Shown here: in pieces, positions 10,926-21,494 of the stretch
Layout of the letters: each line of letters opens with the position of its first letter
How positions within the stretch are numbered: the stretch's first letter is position 1
DNA from: Octopus sinensis
Taxonomy: Eukaryota
Length of the DNA: 64,000 nucleotides
NCBI RefSeq assembly: GCF_006345805.1
Contig: NC_043016.1
Location: 25,234,001 to 25,298,000 of the forward strand
Reading direction: 5' to 3'
Notes under the pieces: model-generated
The model's database searches: none
The model's input: only the letters and a program-made list of their open reading frames with translations
What the model was told of the DNA's origin: nothing
Program-made: the position numbers and the translations under genes

Positions 10926-12423
10926 CACCATCATCATCATCATCATCGTTTAACGTCCGCTTTCCATACTAGCATGGGTTGGACGGTTCAACTGGGATCT
11001 GGGGAGCCTGAAGGCTGCACCAGGCCAGTCAGATCTGGCAGTGTTTCTACAGCTGGATGCCCTTCCTAACGCCAACCACTCCGAGAGTGTAGTGGGTGAT
11101 TTTATGTGCCACCGACACAGGTGCCAGACGAGGCTGGCGAACGGCCACGCTTGGATGGTGTTTTTTATGTGCCACCGACACAGGTAGCAGACGGCCACGC
11201 TCGGATGGTGTTTTTTATGTGCCACCGACACAGGTAGCAGACGGCCACGCTTGGATGGTGTTTTTTATGTGCCACCGACACAGGTGCCAGACAAGGCTGG
11301 CAGACAGCCACGCTCGGATGGTGTTTTTTATGTGCCACCGACACAGGTGCCAGACAAGGCTGGTGAACGGCCACGATCGGATGGTGTTTGTTACGTGCCC
11401 ACAGCACAGAGGCCAGTCAATGCGGTACTGGCTACGGCCACGTTCGGATGGTTTTCTTATGTGCCACCGGCACTGGTACCACAAAGATACAAATTCCATT
11501 GATGTTCATCTATTTTGATTTGGTTTGATTTGATTTTCACTTGCCTCAACAGGTCTTCACAAGTGTCACAAGAAGGAAGGTATGCGCAGGTGAACTGACT
11601 ACGTCCCAGGTAGGGGCCACGGGTTATGGCTTCACTAGTCTTGCCGGGTCTTCTCACGCACAGCATACTTCCATAGGTCTCGGTCTCTAGTCATTTCCAT
11701 GGTGAGACCTAAAGTTCGAAGGTCGTGCTTCACCACCTTGTCCCAGGTTTTCCTGGGTCTACCTCTTCCACAGGTTCCCTCAACTGCTAGGGATTGGCAC
11801 TTTCTCACACACCTATCTTCATCCATTCTCGCCACATGACCATATCAGTGCAATCGTCTCTCTTGCACACCACAACTGATGCTTCTTAGGTACAACATTT
11901 CTCTCAAGGTACTAACGCTCTGTCGAGTAAGTACACTGACATTACACATCCATCGGAGCATACTGGCTTCATTCCTCATGAGCTTACGCATGTCCTCAGC
12001 AGTCACGGCCCATGTTTCACTGCCATGTAGCATGGCAGTTCGTACACATGCATCATACAGTCTGCCTTTTACTCTGAGCGAGAGGCCTTTAGTCACCAGC
12101 AGAGGTAAGAGCTCCCTAAACTTTGCCCAGGCTATTCTTATTCTAGCAGTTACACTTTCAGCACACCCACCCCCACTACTGACTTGGTCACCTAGATAAC
12201 GGAAGCTATCAACTACTTCTAGTTTTTTCCCCCTGGAAAGTGATGGAAGTTGTTTTCTGCAGATTTTCGGAGGTCAATGCTCCCGAGCATCTGCCACATA
12301 CAAAAACTATCTTCCCAGTTAGCCTACCTTTGACATTGCTGCACCTCTTATGTGTCCATAGCTTACACTGGTTACATCTTATAGAGTTTCTACCTACACC
12401 TTTTCTACAGATCGAGCAGGGCC
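10926..12423 (-). mobile_element. Second RTE copy of the same family, 5'-truncated
   Basis: Near-duplicate of the 3' part of 9101-10920 (KGLSLRVKGRLYDACVRTAMLHGSETW); (CAT)n tail at about 10926-10947. Confidence 0.93.
11090..11470. repeat. VNTR (about 48-64 bp units, about 7 copies) in the RTE 3' UTR
   Basis: Repeated GGATGGTGTTTTTTATGTGCCACCGACACAGGT with variable hairpin-forming spacers. Confidence 0.9.
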
Positions 12424-12814
12424 ATATATATATATAAAGCTGAAGTTGTCTGTGTGTGGCAGGTTTCGTAGCCTTCAACTAACACTATCTTCCCCGAGAC
12501 CCTGCAGCACAAGTTGACCAAAATTGAGAGTATGATAGACGAAGGCTTGCTCTTCATTCCGTAGAAGAAAAGATTCAAATTGGACCATGTTAAGACCAAA
12601 AATTATTTACATCAAAAAGGTGCTTTTTTTCTATGAAAATCCCTATTTTTTATGATTTTTTTACTGCCGTGTCGCCATTTTTTGGTGTGTTTCAACCAGA
12701 AAAATGTTCACTTAAAAAGAATAACAAGCTACATAATGCAAAATTTTTACTTTTCAAAAATTCCAATTCTAGAGGGTCGAAGCAAGCCTGAGCAATGCCG
12801 GGCAATACTGCTAG
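12424..12814 (+). mobile_element. Non-autonomous Helitron-like element
   Basis: Starts ATATATATATAAAGCTGAAGTTGTCTGTGTGTG; 3' hairpin GCCTG-AGCAATGC-CGGGC, then AATACTG-CTAG (12811-12814) followed by T. Confidence 0.7.
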
Positions 12815-12873
12815 TATATATATATATATATTATATATATATATATATATTATATATATATATATATATATAT

Positions 12874-14006
12874 GACTTGACTTGACTTGAAACAGCATTC
12901 ACCTGGGGTGGGTTGAGCTGGCTTCATTCATCCTCAATGCTGCATCTCTCACAAACGCCGACCAGGCCTGGCGATTTGAGGCTAATGACCGCGTGATCTC
13001 CAACCACTCCTTATTCCAGTGGGAGCCTAGGTTGGATTCCAGATCAGCCTTGACTATCATCAGCCAGGTTTTTCGTTGTCCACCACATCACTTTTGCCAA
13101 CCCTGAAGGGGAGCTGGGGCAATTGCTTCGTAGATGAATTCTCCTGGTTGATGACGGAGGGCATGACACAGCCAATGCAGACGTCTCGTTAGGATGACTT
13201 GTCAGAGGAAGGTGATTCTGCACTGGTGTCACACCGAATTGTTGGAGACAAAGTGATGCCATTGGACACGAAGGATGTGGCATAGACAGAGGTGATCAAA
13301 GGATTCTAGTCACTTAATATCTTCCACCCTCATTGGCCATGACTTGCTGCCATAAAGGAGAATCATTCGCACTAGTGCTTGGTAGATCCATACTTTGGTG
13401 GTGCGTCAGATCTCAGATCTTGACCAGAGTCATGCATTGAGTCGGTTGAAGGTTTGGCAAGCGAGGTCAATTCGTATTTTAATGTCAGCCTCACCTTGAT
13501 CTGTAGATATAATGATGGCACCAAGGTATTTGAAACTCTCAACCTCTTCGAGAATATCACCATTGAGGACAATGGGTATTTTGTCTGGTGGGGCAAAGCC
13601 GGCTGTGAGGATTTTGGTCTTCAAGGCCTTGACTTTTATACCAATCTGCGATGCAACATGCTGGAGCTCATTAATAGCAAACTGGATGTCAGCAAATGTT
13701 TCACCAAGTATCGCAATGTCATCTGTGTAGTCTAGATCCTTGTCGGAAAAGTTGTGACCAACAGTGATACCGGGGAACTCCCTTAATGCATTTGTGGTGA
13801 ACCAGTCGATGGCATAATTGAAAAGAGTTGGCGAAAGAACACATCTCTGCTGAACGCCAGACCGTATTTCAAAGGGTTCCGATACTTCACCATACACGGG
13901 ATCTTGTTGAGCAGTAATAAGCTTTGATAAGATTGAGAAGTTTAGGTGGGATACCATCTGCCTGCATGACCTTCAAGAGGGTGTCATGATTGGCAGAGTT
14001 GAATGC

Positions 14007-14010
<4 letters not shown>
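12874..14010 (-). mobile_element. RTE-clade LINE remnant (second family, no PHD-like insert)
   Basis: ORF 13430-13957: GVQQRCVLSPTLFN, LDYTDD (YADD-like), KTKIL, EEVESFKYLG; tail (TCAAG)3 at 12874-12890. Confidence 0.88.
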
Positions 14011-14053
<43 letters not shown>

Positions 14054-14146
14054 TTAGAGACAAAACCACTATTATGCAAATCAAACAAAGAAAGACTTAA
14101 TCCAATACATAAAAAATTTTATATAAATTAAATAATATTAAATTCG

Positions 14147-14192
14147 CCACTACAATTGTTTCGTGTCTCTTCTAAGGACATTCATCAGGTGG
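14147..14192 (-). ncRNA. Minimal type I hammerhead ribozyme (mirror copy)
   Basis: Reverse complement of 14254-14299 in the left palindrome arm. Confidence 0.8.
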
Positions 14193-14253
14193 TATTCAGA
14201 TCTTCTATTCAATTTTAACTTCATAACTTAAAATTGAATAGAAGATCTGAATA

Positions 14254-14299
14254 CCACCTGATGAATGTCCTTAGAAGAGACACGAAACAATTGTAGTGG
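14254..14299 (+). ncRNA. Minimal type I hammerhead ribozyme
   Basis: CCAC-CTGATGA-ATGTC(cttagaaga)GACAC-GAAAC-AATT-GTA-GTGG: conserved core, helix II, palindromic helix III ACAATTGT, GUA cleavage triplet, 4-bp helix I. There is an A-C mismatch at the base of helix II. Confidence 0.8.
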
Positions 14300-14442
14300 C
14301 GAATTTAATATTATTTAATTTATATAAAATTTTTTATGTATTGGATTAAGTCTTTCTTTGTTTGATTTGCATAATAGTGGTTTTGTCTCTAATTAATATT
14401 ATATAATATTTTACTATAAAATTGGATTTATTCCCTAATATT

Positions 14443-14483
<41 letters not shown>

Positions 14484-14569
14484 TATACATCCTTCAAATA
14501 TTCCTCATGTATATCTATATATGTATATATATGGCAATAATCTAGTAGCTCTGTGTTGGCATAATTGAG

Positions 14570-16260
14570 AAAATATAGAAAAAGTGAAAGGGGTACAGTG
14601 AAATTGCTGTGAGGAGTGGAATATCCAGTGTTTTGGATTCAATCTTTCAACTGGGGGTAGAGAAAAAAGTCAGAGTTTACATCCTCTCAGTTTGAAAAAC
14701 TGGCTGCAACTGAAAATGGATGCAGAATAACAAGGGCTGCTAACATGAAATATAAATTATAGGAGAGGTAAGAATTAGAGTAGACATAAGTAAATATGGG
14801 AATGTAGCAGAGAGAGGGTAGAAGGGGGATTAAAAAGGGCAAAAGAGAATTAAGAGGAGGTGAAAGGATGAAAGGAAAAACGTTCATTCATACCTGTTGG
14901 GAACATAGTGCCAATAACAAATAGGAGACATTGCTCCTTTCGTTTCCTAGAGAAGGTGAAGTCCATTATGCTTCTGATGTGTTTGCGAAAGCGATCCCCA
15001 AGGTGTCGTCCTGTTTCTCTAATGTAAAGAGCCCTGCAGAGTTTGCATATGATGCAATATATGAGATTCACCGAAGTGCAACAGAAGTGGTGTGTTATGT
15101 GTTATTGTTTCTTGGGTCCCATGATGGTAGCAATATTGTTGATGTAGGGGCGTGTGTTACATCGTTGGCGAGAATATTTAAAGGTTCTTGGTTGTGCAGA
15201 CCTGGGAGCTGTGAAGCTTCTAACAAAGAAATTTATAAGACTCCTATCTTTTTTAAAAGACAGGAGAGGTGGTGTGGAAAAGATAAGAGCAATTGTTGGG
15301 TCAGAAAGAAGAATGTAAAAGTTGTGGGTGAGTCTGTGTTTTAGAGGGAGGATGGACAGGTGGTAGGTGAGAGTGAGTGGAATACGGTCGGTGGAAGGGC
15401 TTGAAGATGGCTTGGGCTCAGTGGAGTGCCAGGTCAACAACTGATGGAGGATACCCTTGATTTAGAAAAAACTATCGCACTGTTTTGCAATGGGATTTGA
15501 AATCTGAATCAATGCTGCAAAGAAATTGAGAGATTGGCAGATTTAATGTGTTTGGGGTTGGAGGAAGAGTAGTGGCAGTTCAGAAGGTTTATTGTAGACA
15601 GAGGTGGAGAGATAGGTATTGTGTATTTTCATGGAGATGTCCAGAAAGCAAACAGAAGTATCAGATATGGTGTGAGTGAATTCCAAGGCTGGGTGAAAGG
15701 TGTTAACAAAAGAAATAAAATCGTTGACCTGTTGTCTGTTAAGACTTGTGGTGCTAATGCGGTCGTGTATCATTCTACTGCAGATTTATCAGTGTGTGGT
15801 ATGACCTTGCACCATGGATCCCCCTTCTCTAGGAAACGAAAGGAGCAATGTCTCATATTTGATCTTGGCACTATGTCCCCAACAGATATGAATGAACGTT
15901 TTGCCTTTCATCCTTTCACTTCTTCTTAATTCTTTTTAACCCTTTTTAATCCTCTTTCCACCTTCTCTCTGCAACATTCCTGTATTTACTTACTTCTACT
16001 CTCACCATCATCCTTTTCCTTCTCCTTTCTGCATGCTCTCTCCTGTAACTTCTGTTTCATGTTAGCAACCCGTGTTAGTCTGCGTCCATTATCAGTTGCA
16101 GCCAGTTTTTCAAGCTGAGAGGATGTAAACTCTGACACTTTTCTTTTTTTTTTCTTCTCTTTTTCTCTGTCTTCTGACAAAGGATTGAATCTGAAACGTT
16201 GGATACTCCACTCCTCACAGCAAGTTCACTGTACCCCTTTCACTTTTATATACGTGTTTG
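14570..16260 (-). mobile_element. Penelope-like retroelement remnant with an inverted terminal duplication
   Basis: RT C-terminus FVNTFHPALEFTH..SVCFLDISM..LSTSVYNKP (15543-15773), DRIPLTLTYH (15102-15440), GIY-YIG-like NLIYCIICKLCRALYIRETGRHLGDRFRKHIRS (about 14970-15071). 14570-14960 is repeated in inverted orientation at 15820-16260. Confidence 0.88.
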
Positions 16261-16318
16261 TGTGTGTGTGTGTATATATACATATACACACAGTCTTAAA
16301 CGTGTGTGTGTGTGTGTA

Positions 16319-16359
<41 letters not shown>

Positions 16360-16360
16360 A

Positions 16361-16530
16361 TCATCATCATCATCATCATCGTTTAACGTCTGTTCTCCAT
16401 GCTAGCATGGGTTGGACGGTTCGACCGGGGATCTGGGAAGCCAGAAGGCTGCACCAGGCTCCAGTCTTATCTGGCAATGTTTCTACAGCTGGATGCCCTT
16501 CCTAATGCCAACCACTCTGTGAGTGTAGTA
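16361..16530 (-). mobile_element. Short RTE 3'-end copy
   Basis: (CAT)n-CGTTTAACGTC...CAGCTGGATGCCCTTCCTAATGCCAACCACTC. Confidence 0.85.
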
Positions 16531-16609
16531 TGTATATATGTGTATATATGTGTGTGTGTATGTATATATATATATTCATATATTAAAAGAGACATTATTT
16601 CTTGTTGTG

Positions 16610-16640
<31 letters not shown>

Positions 16641-16657
16641 ATGTGTGTATTTATATA

Positions 16658-19407
16658 TCTATCTTTATATATATATAAAACTGAGAATGTGTCTGTCTGT
16701 CTGTCTGTCTGTGTGTTTCCCTAAAACTACGCAACCAATTTCATTCAAATTTTACACATGCCTTACTTAGGGTCTATGTAGTTTCATGGGCAAAAAAAAT
16801 GTTCAACTTCTTGCCTAGAGCGAGCCCATAGCAATATCATATCTTCTCCACTATTTCAGTATTACGTGTTAAAAATGAAACAAAAACATTTCTCTATTTT
16901 AGGTCAGATACTTTCACTTTAACAATAAAAATTGAATTATATGTAGTAAGTAATAATTAAAATCAAACTAAAGTATAATATAATCGTAACATAACAAAAG
17001 TAAAAATAGCAATTGGTATAAAATTGCTTCAATGATTTGAACTTGAATAAGTGGTTTCACATGAATGGGAATAAATTAAAAATAAAATTAGCGTGCAGAA
17101 ATGGAATAGTCCAGATGGATAATAAAAAATTAAATTAAAGAAAAGACTATTGTCTATAAAGTATACAATGTAGAGAAAAAAGATTTGAACACATGGCTCC
17201 AAGCTATACGTGTTGTTATCTGTGATTAGACAGTGAAATTTTGTTGTGTAAATTGATTATTATCGCGCGAGGCGTTTGCCTCCACGTGTGGAAACCTTCC
17301 GAAGAAGGTGAATTGACCCTCTAGTCATGGCGACTTATGCGGGGGTCACGGGAAAGAAAAATAATGATTCGTCGATAATCGTGAAGGATGTTTTCTTTGA
17401 GAAGAGTAAAATCAAGGAATATGAAAAGCTCTTCAAAAGGGAGGGTGATAGCGTGAAGCTAATCCCCCCCGCAAAAGCAAAAGAGGACAAAGAAAACAAG
17501 ACAGTGACATATAGAACCCAAGACAAAAATACGAAGAAACTGGCAAGAGTGGAGATAGCCGAAATCGAAAAATGTCTGGGAGACATAATGGGGAAATCGA
17601 CCTACGTGAGTAGAGGCAAGAAATTTGGTACGGTGGAGGTGAGATGTGCAACGGAAGAAATTGCAGCCTCACTGGCTACCACTGTACTAAGAGCGGAAAC
17701 ATTTATAATGTGGCCCTCATACAAGGGAAGAAGAGGGGTCCGGGTTAAAATCCCGAATATACCCCCAGAAGTGAAAACAGAATGGCTGGCAACAGCTATT
17801 CTAGGAGCAGCAGAAGAGGAAGTGGAGGTGGAATCCTTTAAGGAGTCCAACGCGGTAAACTGGAGAGGATATGGGGTAGAACTGTGTTTGATGGCCACAA
17901 AAGAGGACATTGAAAGGTTCCCCTACAGAATAGAAATTGAAGATGAGAAAACCCTCAGTGTAATTGTAGAGGGAAGAAAGCCAAACTGCTACTTGTGCGG
18001 GACAAGGGGGCACATTAAAAAAGAGTGCCCGTTATACGAATTCGTAGCGGAGTGCGAGCAGGAACTTGAAGAAAAGAAGAATACGGTAGATGAAAAGGAG
18101 AACATAGAAAAGGAAACAAAACAACAAGAGAAAGGAAATAATAAGTCAATGAAGGAAAAAGAAATAAAAGAAAAGAGAGAAATAGAACCAAAACAGAGTC
18201 AGGAAAAAAACAAGAGAGAGATCAGAATCAAACGAAAAGAAAAGACGGCACACAAAAAGAAAAAGAAAAGGAACATAAAACACGAGAGAAAGAGAGAACA
18301 GACAAAGAACCAAAAAGACAAGAGAAGGAAGAAGAAAGAAAAGAAGGCAAAAAGAGAGAAAGAGAGAAACAAAGAGAGGAGAACAAGGAAGAAATAAGCC
18401 CGAAAAGAAAAACGAGGGAAAACGTAGGACGGAAACAAGATTACTGCTTCTACAAGTTAATAACCTTTCATTTCTGCCCTGAAATGAAAGACTTGACATG
18501 TAATACGGAGGACATATATGGGTCAACAGGATGACCGATCAGTGGCAGGAGACTGCTCTAATCCCCGAAGAAAGAGTCGCTGAGTTCCTCAGAGCTGCCG
18601 GAGAGAGTGTAATATTTTACACGAGTGTTCGAGTGAGAGAGCGGCTGCCTGAGGGCTCAGTGATTGACTTTAGAGAATTGAAAGCTATTATGGAATACGT
18701 ATAGAATTGTGAGAAGAGAGAGAAGAAAGAAGAGAAAAAAGAAAATATTGTGAAATATATGTGACGAAAATGTAACCTCTCGATTCCGGGGATCGAGTGG
18801 GCATTTACATCTCATTGTAAATATTCTTTCATATGTCATTTTTACTATTATTTTTTCCTTTTCTTGTCATTCGCTTTCTTATTTTAAGTTCCCCGATTGT
18901 ACTGTCCCATCTATGTTCGCCCCTTGTGGGTAGTAATAAAATCACATGGAGGAATGCACCTTCGAAAAGTGTCTTGGTGCAACTATGAAAGATATCTAAT
19001 CAGAGACGGTAAATTTGCGCAATAGAAGCAAGATTCGAGTCAACAGAGCGTGCAAGGGAGTACTTGACTCGAACTTGCAAAGTGGAAATATTTTATTTTT
19101 ACCTTTATATATGGGAAGTCCCGTAAAAAAATTTTAAATCCCCCTCCGAAGTAGAGGTAGGCTGGATTGTAGCCACACTTCTATACAAGAGGGAGAACAA
19201 GATACAATTGATCAAAATTACAAGAGACGGGCTAACAATTCCAGTCTGTTATATATTTTGAGTATTGTTATCACTAGCAATATCAAGATATAACTTTTTA
19301 TTTTGTATTTTATGTGTAGATGTATATATATAGATGTACATGTAATATGTACACATATATACATGCACTAGCACTATGACCCGGCAACGACGGGTCTTTA
19401 ATGCTAG
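16658..19407 (+). mobile_element. Helitron-like element with internal cargo
   Basis: 5' TCTATCTTTATATATATATAAAA plus (TCTG)n; 3' hairpin GACCCG-GCAACGA-CGGGTC (19378-19396), then TTTAATG-CTAG (19404-19407); sits between A and T. That both ends belong to one element is inferred. Confidence 0.7.
17327..18397 (+). CDS. LINE ORF1/gag-like nucleic-acid-binding protein (CCHC zinc knuckle, basic coiled-coil tail) of a retroelement
   Basis: Uninterrupted 356-aa ORF; VIVEGRKPNCYLCGTRGHIKKECP is C-x2-C-x4-H-x4-C in an L1/Tx1-type ORF1 context; no endonuclease or RT follows. Confidence 0.75.
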   Translation: MATYAGVTGKKNNDSSIIVKDVFFEKSKIKEYEKLFKREGDSVKLIPPAKAKEDKENKTVTYRTQDKNTKKLARVEIAEIEKCLGDIMGKSTYVSRGKKFGTVEVRCATEEIAASLATTVLRAETFIMWPSYKGRRGVRVKIPNIPPEVKTEWLATAILGAAEEEVEVESFKESNAVNWRGYGVELCLMATKEDIERFPYRIEIEDEKTLSVIVEGRKPNCYLCGTRGHIKKECPLYEFVAECEQELEEKKNTVDEKENIEKETKQQEKGNNKSMKEKEIKEKREIEPKQSQEKNKREIRIKRKEKTAHKKKKKRNIKHERKREQTKNQKDKRRKKKEKKAKREKERNKERRTRKK

Positions 19408-19639
19408 TATATATATATAGGAAAGAGGATTTGAAAATGCAGAGGTCTTTTAAAGATGTTTATTGACTTGACTGGTTTCACATTTTTAAAAAAAAGATTA
19501 TCAAAAGTAAAATGTAAAGCTTTATATAAGCTTTGTTTTGTTAAAAAATGGTTATCATAGTTGTATTAAAATACAGTTAGACAGTCTTTGATAATGATAA
19601 GAATATGTTAAGTGGGGCTCTTTGTTTAAACAGTTTACA

Positions 19640-19901
19640 TGAAAGCGTTGACTGGCTTCCATGCCGGTGGCACATAAAAAGCACCAACCGATCGTGGCCG
19701 TCACCAGCCTCGCCTGGCACCTGTGCCAGTGGCACGTAAAAAACACCCACTACACTCATGGAGTGGTTGGCATTAGGAATGGCATCAAGCTGTAGAAACA
19801 CTGCCAAATCAGACTGGAGCCTGGTGCAGCCTCTTGGCTTCCGAGTCCCCAGTCAAACCTTCCGACCCATGTTAGCATGGAAAACAGACGTTAAATGATG
19901 A
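19640..19901 (+). mobile_element. Short RTE 3'-end copy
   Basis: Ends CATGGAAAACAGACGTTAAATGATGACGAT. Confidence 0.85.
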
Positions 19902-20090
19902 CGATCATCATCATCATCATTTAACGTCCGCTTCCATGCTAGCATGGGTTGGACGATTTGACTGAGGTCTGGCGAACCAAACTCCAATCAGATCTGGCAG
20001 AGTTTCTACAGCTAGATGCCCTTCCTAACGCCAACCACTTCGAGAGTGCAGTCGGTGTTTTTACGTGCCAGTTTGGTGGTACTGGCAACG
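19902..20090 (-). mobile_element. Short RTE 3'-end copy, tail-to-tail with the previous one
   Basis: (CAT)n-TTAACGTCCGCTTCCATGCTAGCATGGGTTGG. Confidence 0.85.
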
Positions 20091-20627
20091 GCCGATATAT
20101 ATATGTACATATGTGTATATATAAGTATATATATATATGTATATACATGTGTGTATATATATGTGTATATATGTATATGTATATATATGTGTGTGTGTAT
20201 GTGTGTGCGTGTGTATGTATAAAATCTCAAGAAGAGATAGAATAGTAACGTGTACTAAACAGTAAAGCGAGTAACCACATCAAAGTGACAGATTAATGTT
20301 ACTACTAGTTTAACCCCAGGCAGAATCTCTGCCAGCTGGTTTTCAGTGCACAGCTTGCAGAGAATTCGCCAGTAACTAGTAGTAACATTCATCTCCTTAC
20401 CTTAATACTATCATGCTGACTTGTCAGTAACAGGGCAATCTGTCAGTTTTAATTTCCAATTTTTGCCAGCTAAGTAGACTAAAGCAATGTGAAGCAGAGG
20501 GTCTTGCCGAAGGATATATTATACATCTCAGGCCAAGAATCAAATCCACAGCATTATGACTAGCAAGTTGGCAGAACTGTTAAAGTAACAGTAAAAATGC
20601 TCTGCAATATTTCTTCTAGCTCTTTAC

Positions 20628-21012
20628 TTTACTCTTTTACTTGTTTCAGTCATTTGACTGTGGCCATGCTGGAGCACTGCCTTTAGTTGAGCAAATCGAC
20701 CCCATGACTTATTCTCTGTAAGCCTAGTACTTATTCTATTGGTCTCTTTTGCCCAACCGCTAAGTTATGGTGATGTAAACACACCAGCATTGGTTGTCAA
20801 GTGATGTTGGGGGGACAAACACAGACACACACACACACATATATATATATATACGACGGGCTTCTTTCAGTTTCCATCTACCAAATCCACTCACAAGGCT
20901 TTGGTTGGCCCGAGGCTATAGTAGAAGACACTTGCCCAAGCTACCACGCAGTGGGACTGAACTCAGAACCATATGGTTCATAAGCAAGCTACTTACCACA
21001 CAGCCACTCCTA
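20628..21012 (-). mobile_element. SINE family A
   Basis: Full-length reverse copy from the GAGTAAAA-type tail to the tRNA-like head. Confidence 0.88.
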
Positions 21013-21494
21013 CACTATGGGTTGATAAAATAAAGTGCCAACTAAATGTTATTCAATGTTAGTCTCTCTTCAAAATTGATGACCTTATGTCTAAATTGGA
21101 TATTATAGTGATTAAAAGCCTGACTACTATACCATGCACATTCTTGTGAAATAACTGGTCCAAGACAACATAATCTGATAATTTACTGCTTCATTAAAAA
21201 ATTAACTGAACCAAAAAATATACTTGATAATCCTAGATATTTTGAAGGTTAAGTTGACACCAACAGATCTTAGAATCAAAACATAAAGGAATTAAATTAA
21301 AACCTGCAGTATGATGTCCTCCCATCTCTCTTTGAAAGCATTTTCTAATTAAAATGTGCTATATTAAAACCTTCCAAAACACCAGCTTAATAGTTACAAA
21401 ATATACAAAATTCTTCATTATTTTCAAAATTGATTTAAACATAGGCAATATATTTCAATAGAAATATGGTAATAAAAGAGTTTAAGTATCATAA

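Larger units (their letters stand above)
14041..14447. mobile_element. Palindromic non-autonomous Penelope-like element inserted in (TA)n
   Basis: Inverted arms 14041-14218 and 14228-14405 with a 9-nt spacer, plus a one-sided extension of about 40 nt; contains hammerhead motifs. Confidence 0.75.

Noticed and set aside
11090-11470. CRISPR-like repeat-spacer appearance
   Set aside because: The spacers are homologous to one another, the context is a eukaryotic LINE 3' UTR, and there are no cas genes.
13454-13735. 93-aa plus-strand ORF (also 10211-10561 and 11879-12199)
   Set aside because: Antisense to RTE reverse transcriptase remnants.
16172-16208. Hammerhead in the Penelope terminal repeat (CTGACAAAGG..CTGAAACGTT); similar GAAGCGT remnant near 48105-48125
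   Set aside because: The core is mutated (CUGACAA) and helix I does not pair; at best a decayed ribozyme.
18146-18526. Hydrophobic F/L/S-rich membrane-protein-like ORFs on the minus strand (also 17335-18013)
   Set aside because: Antisense shadows of the purine-rich ORF 17327-18397.
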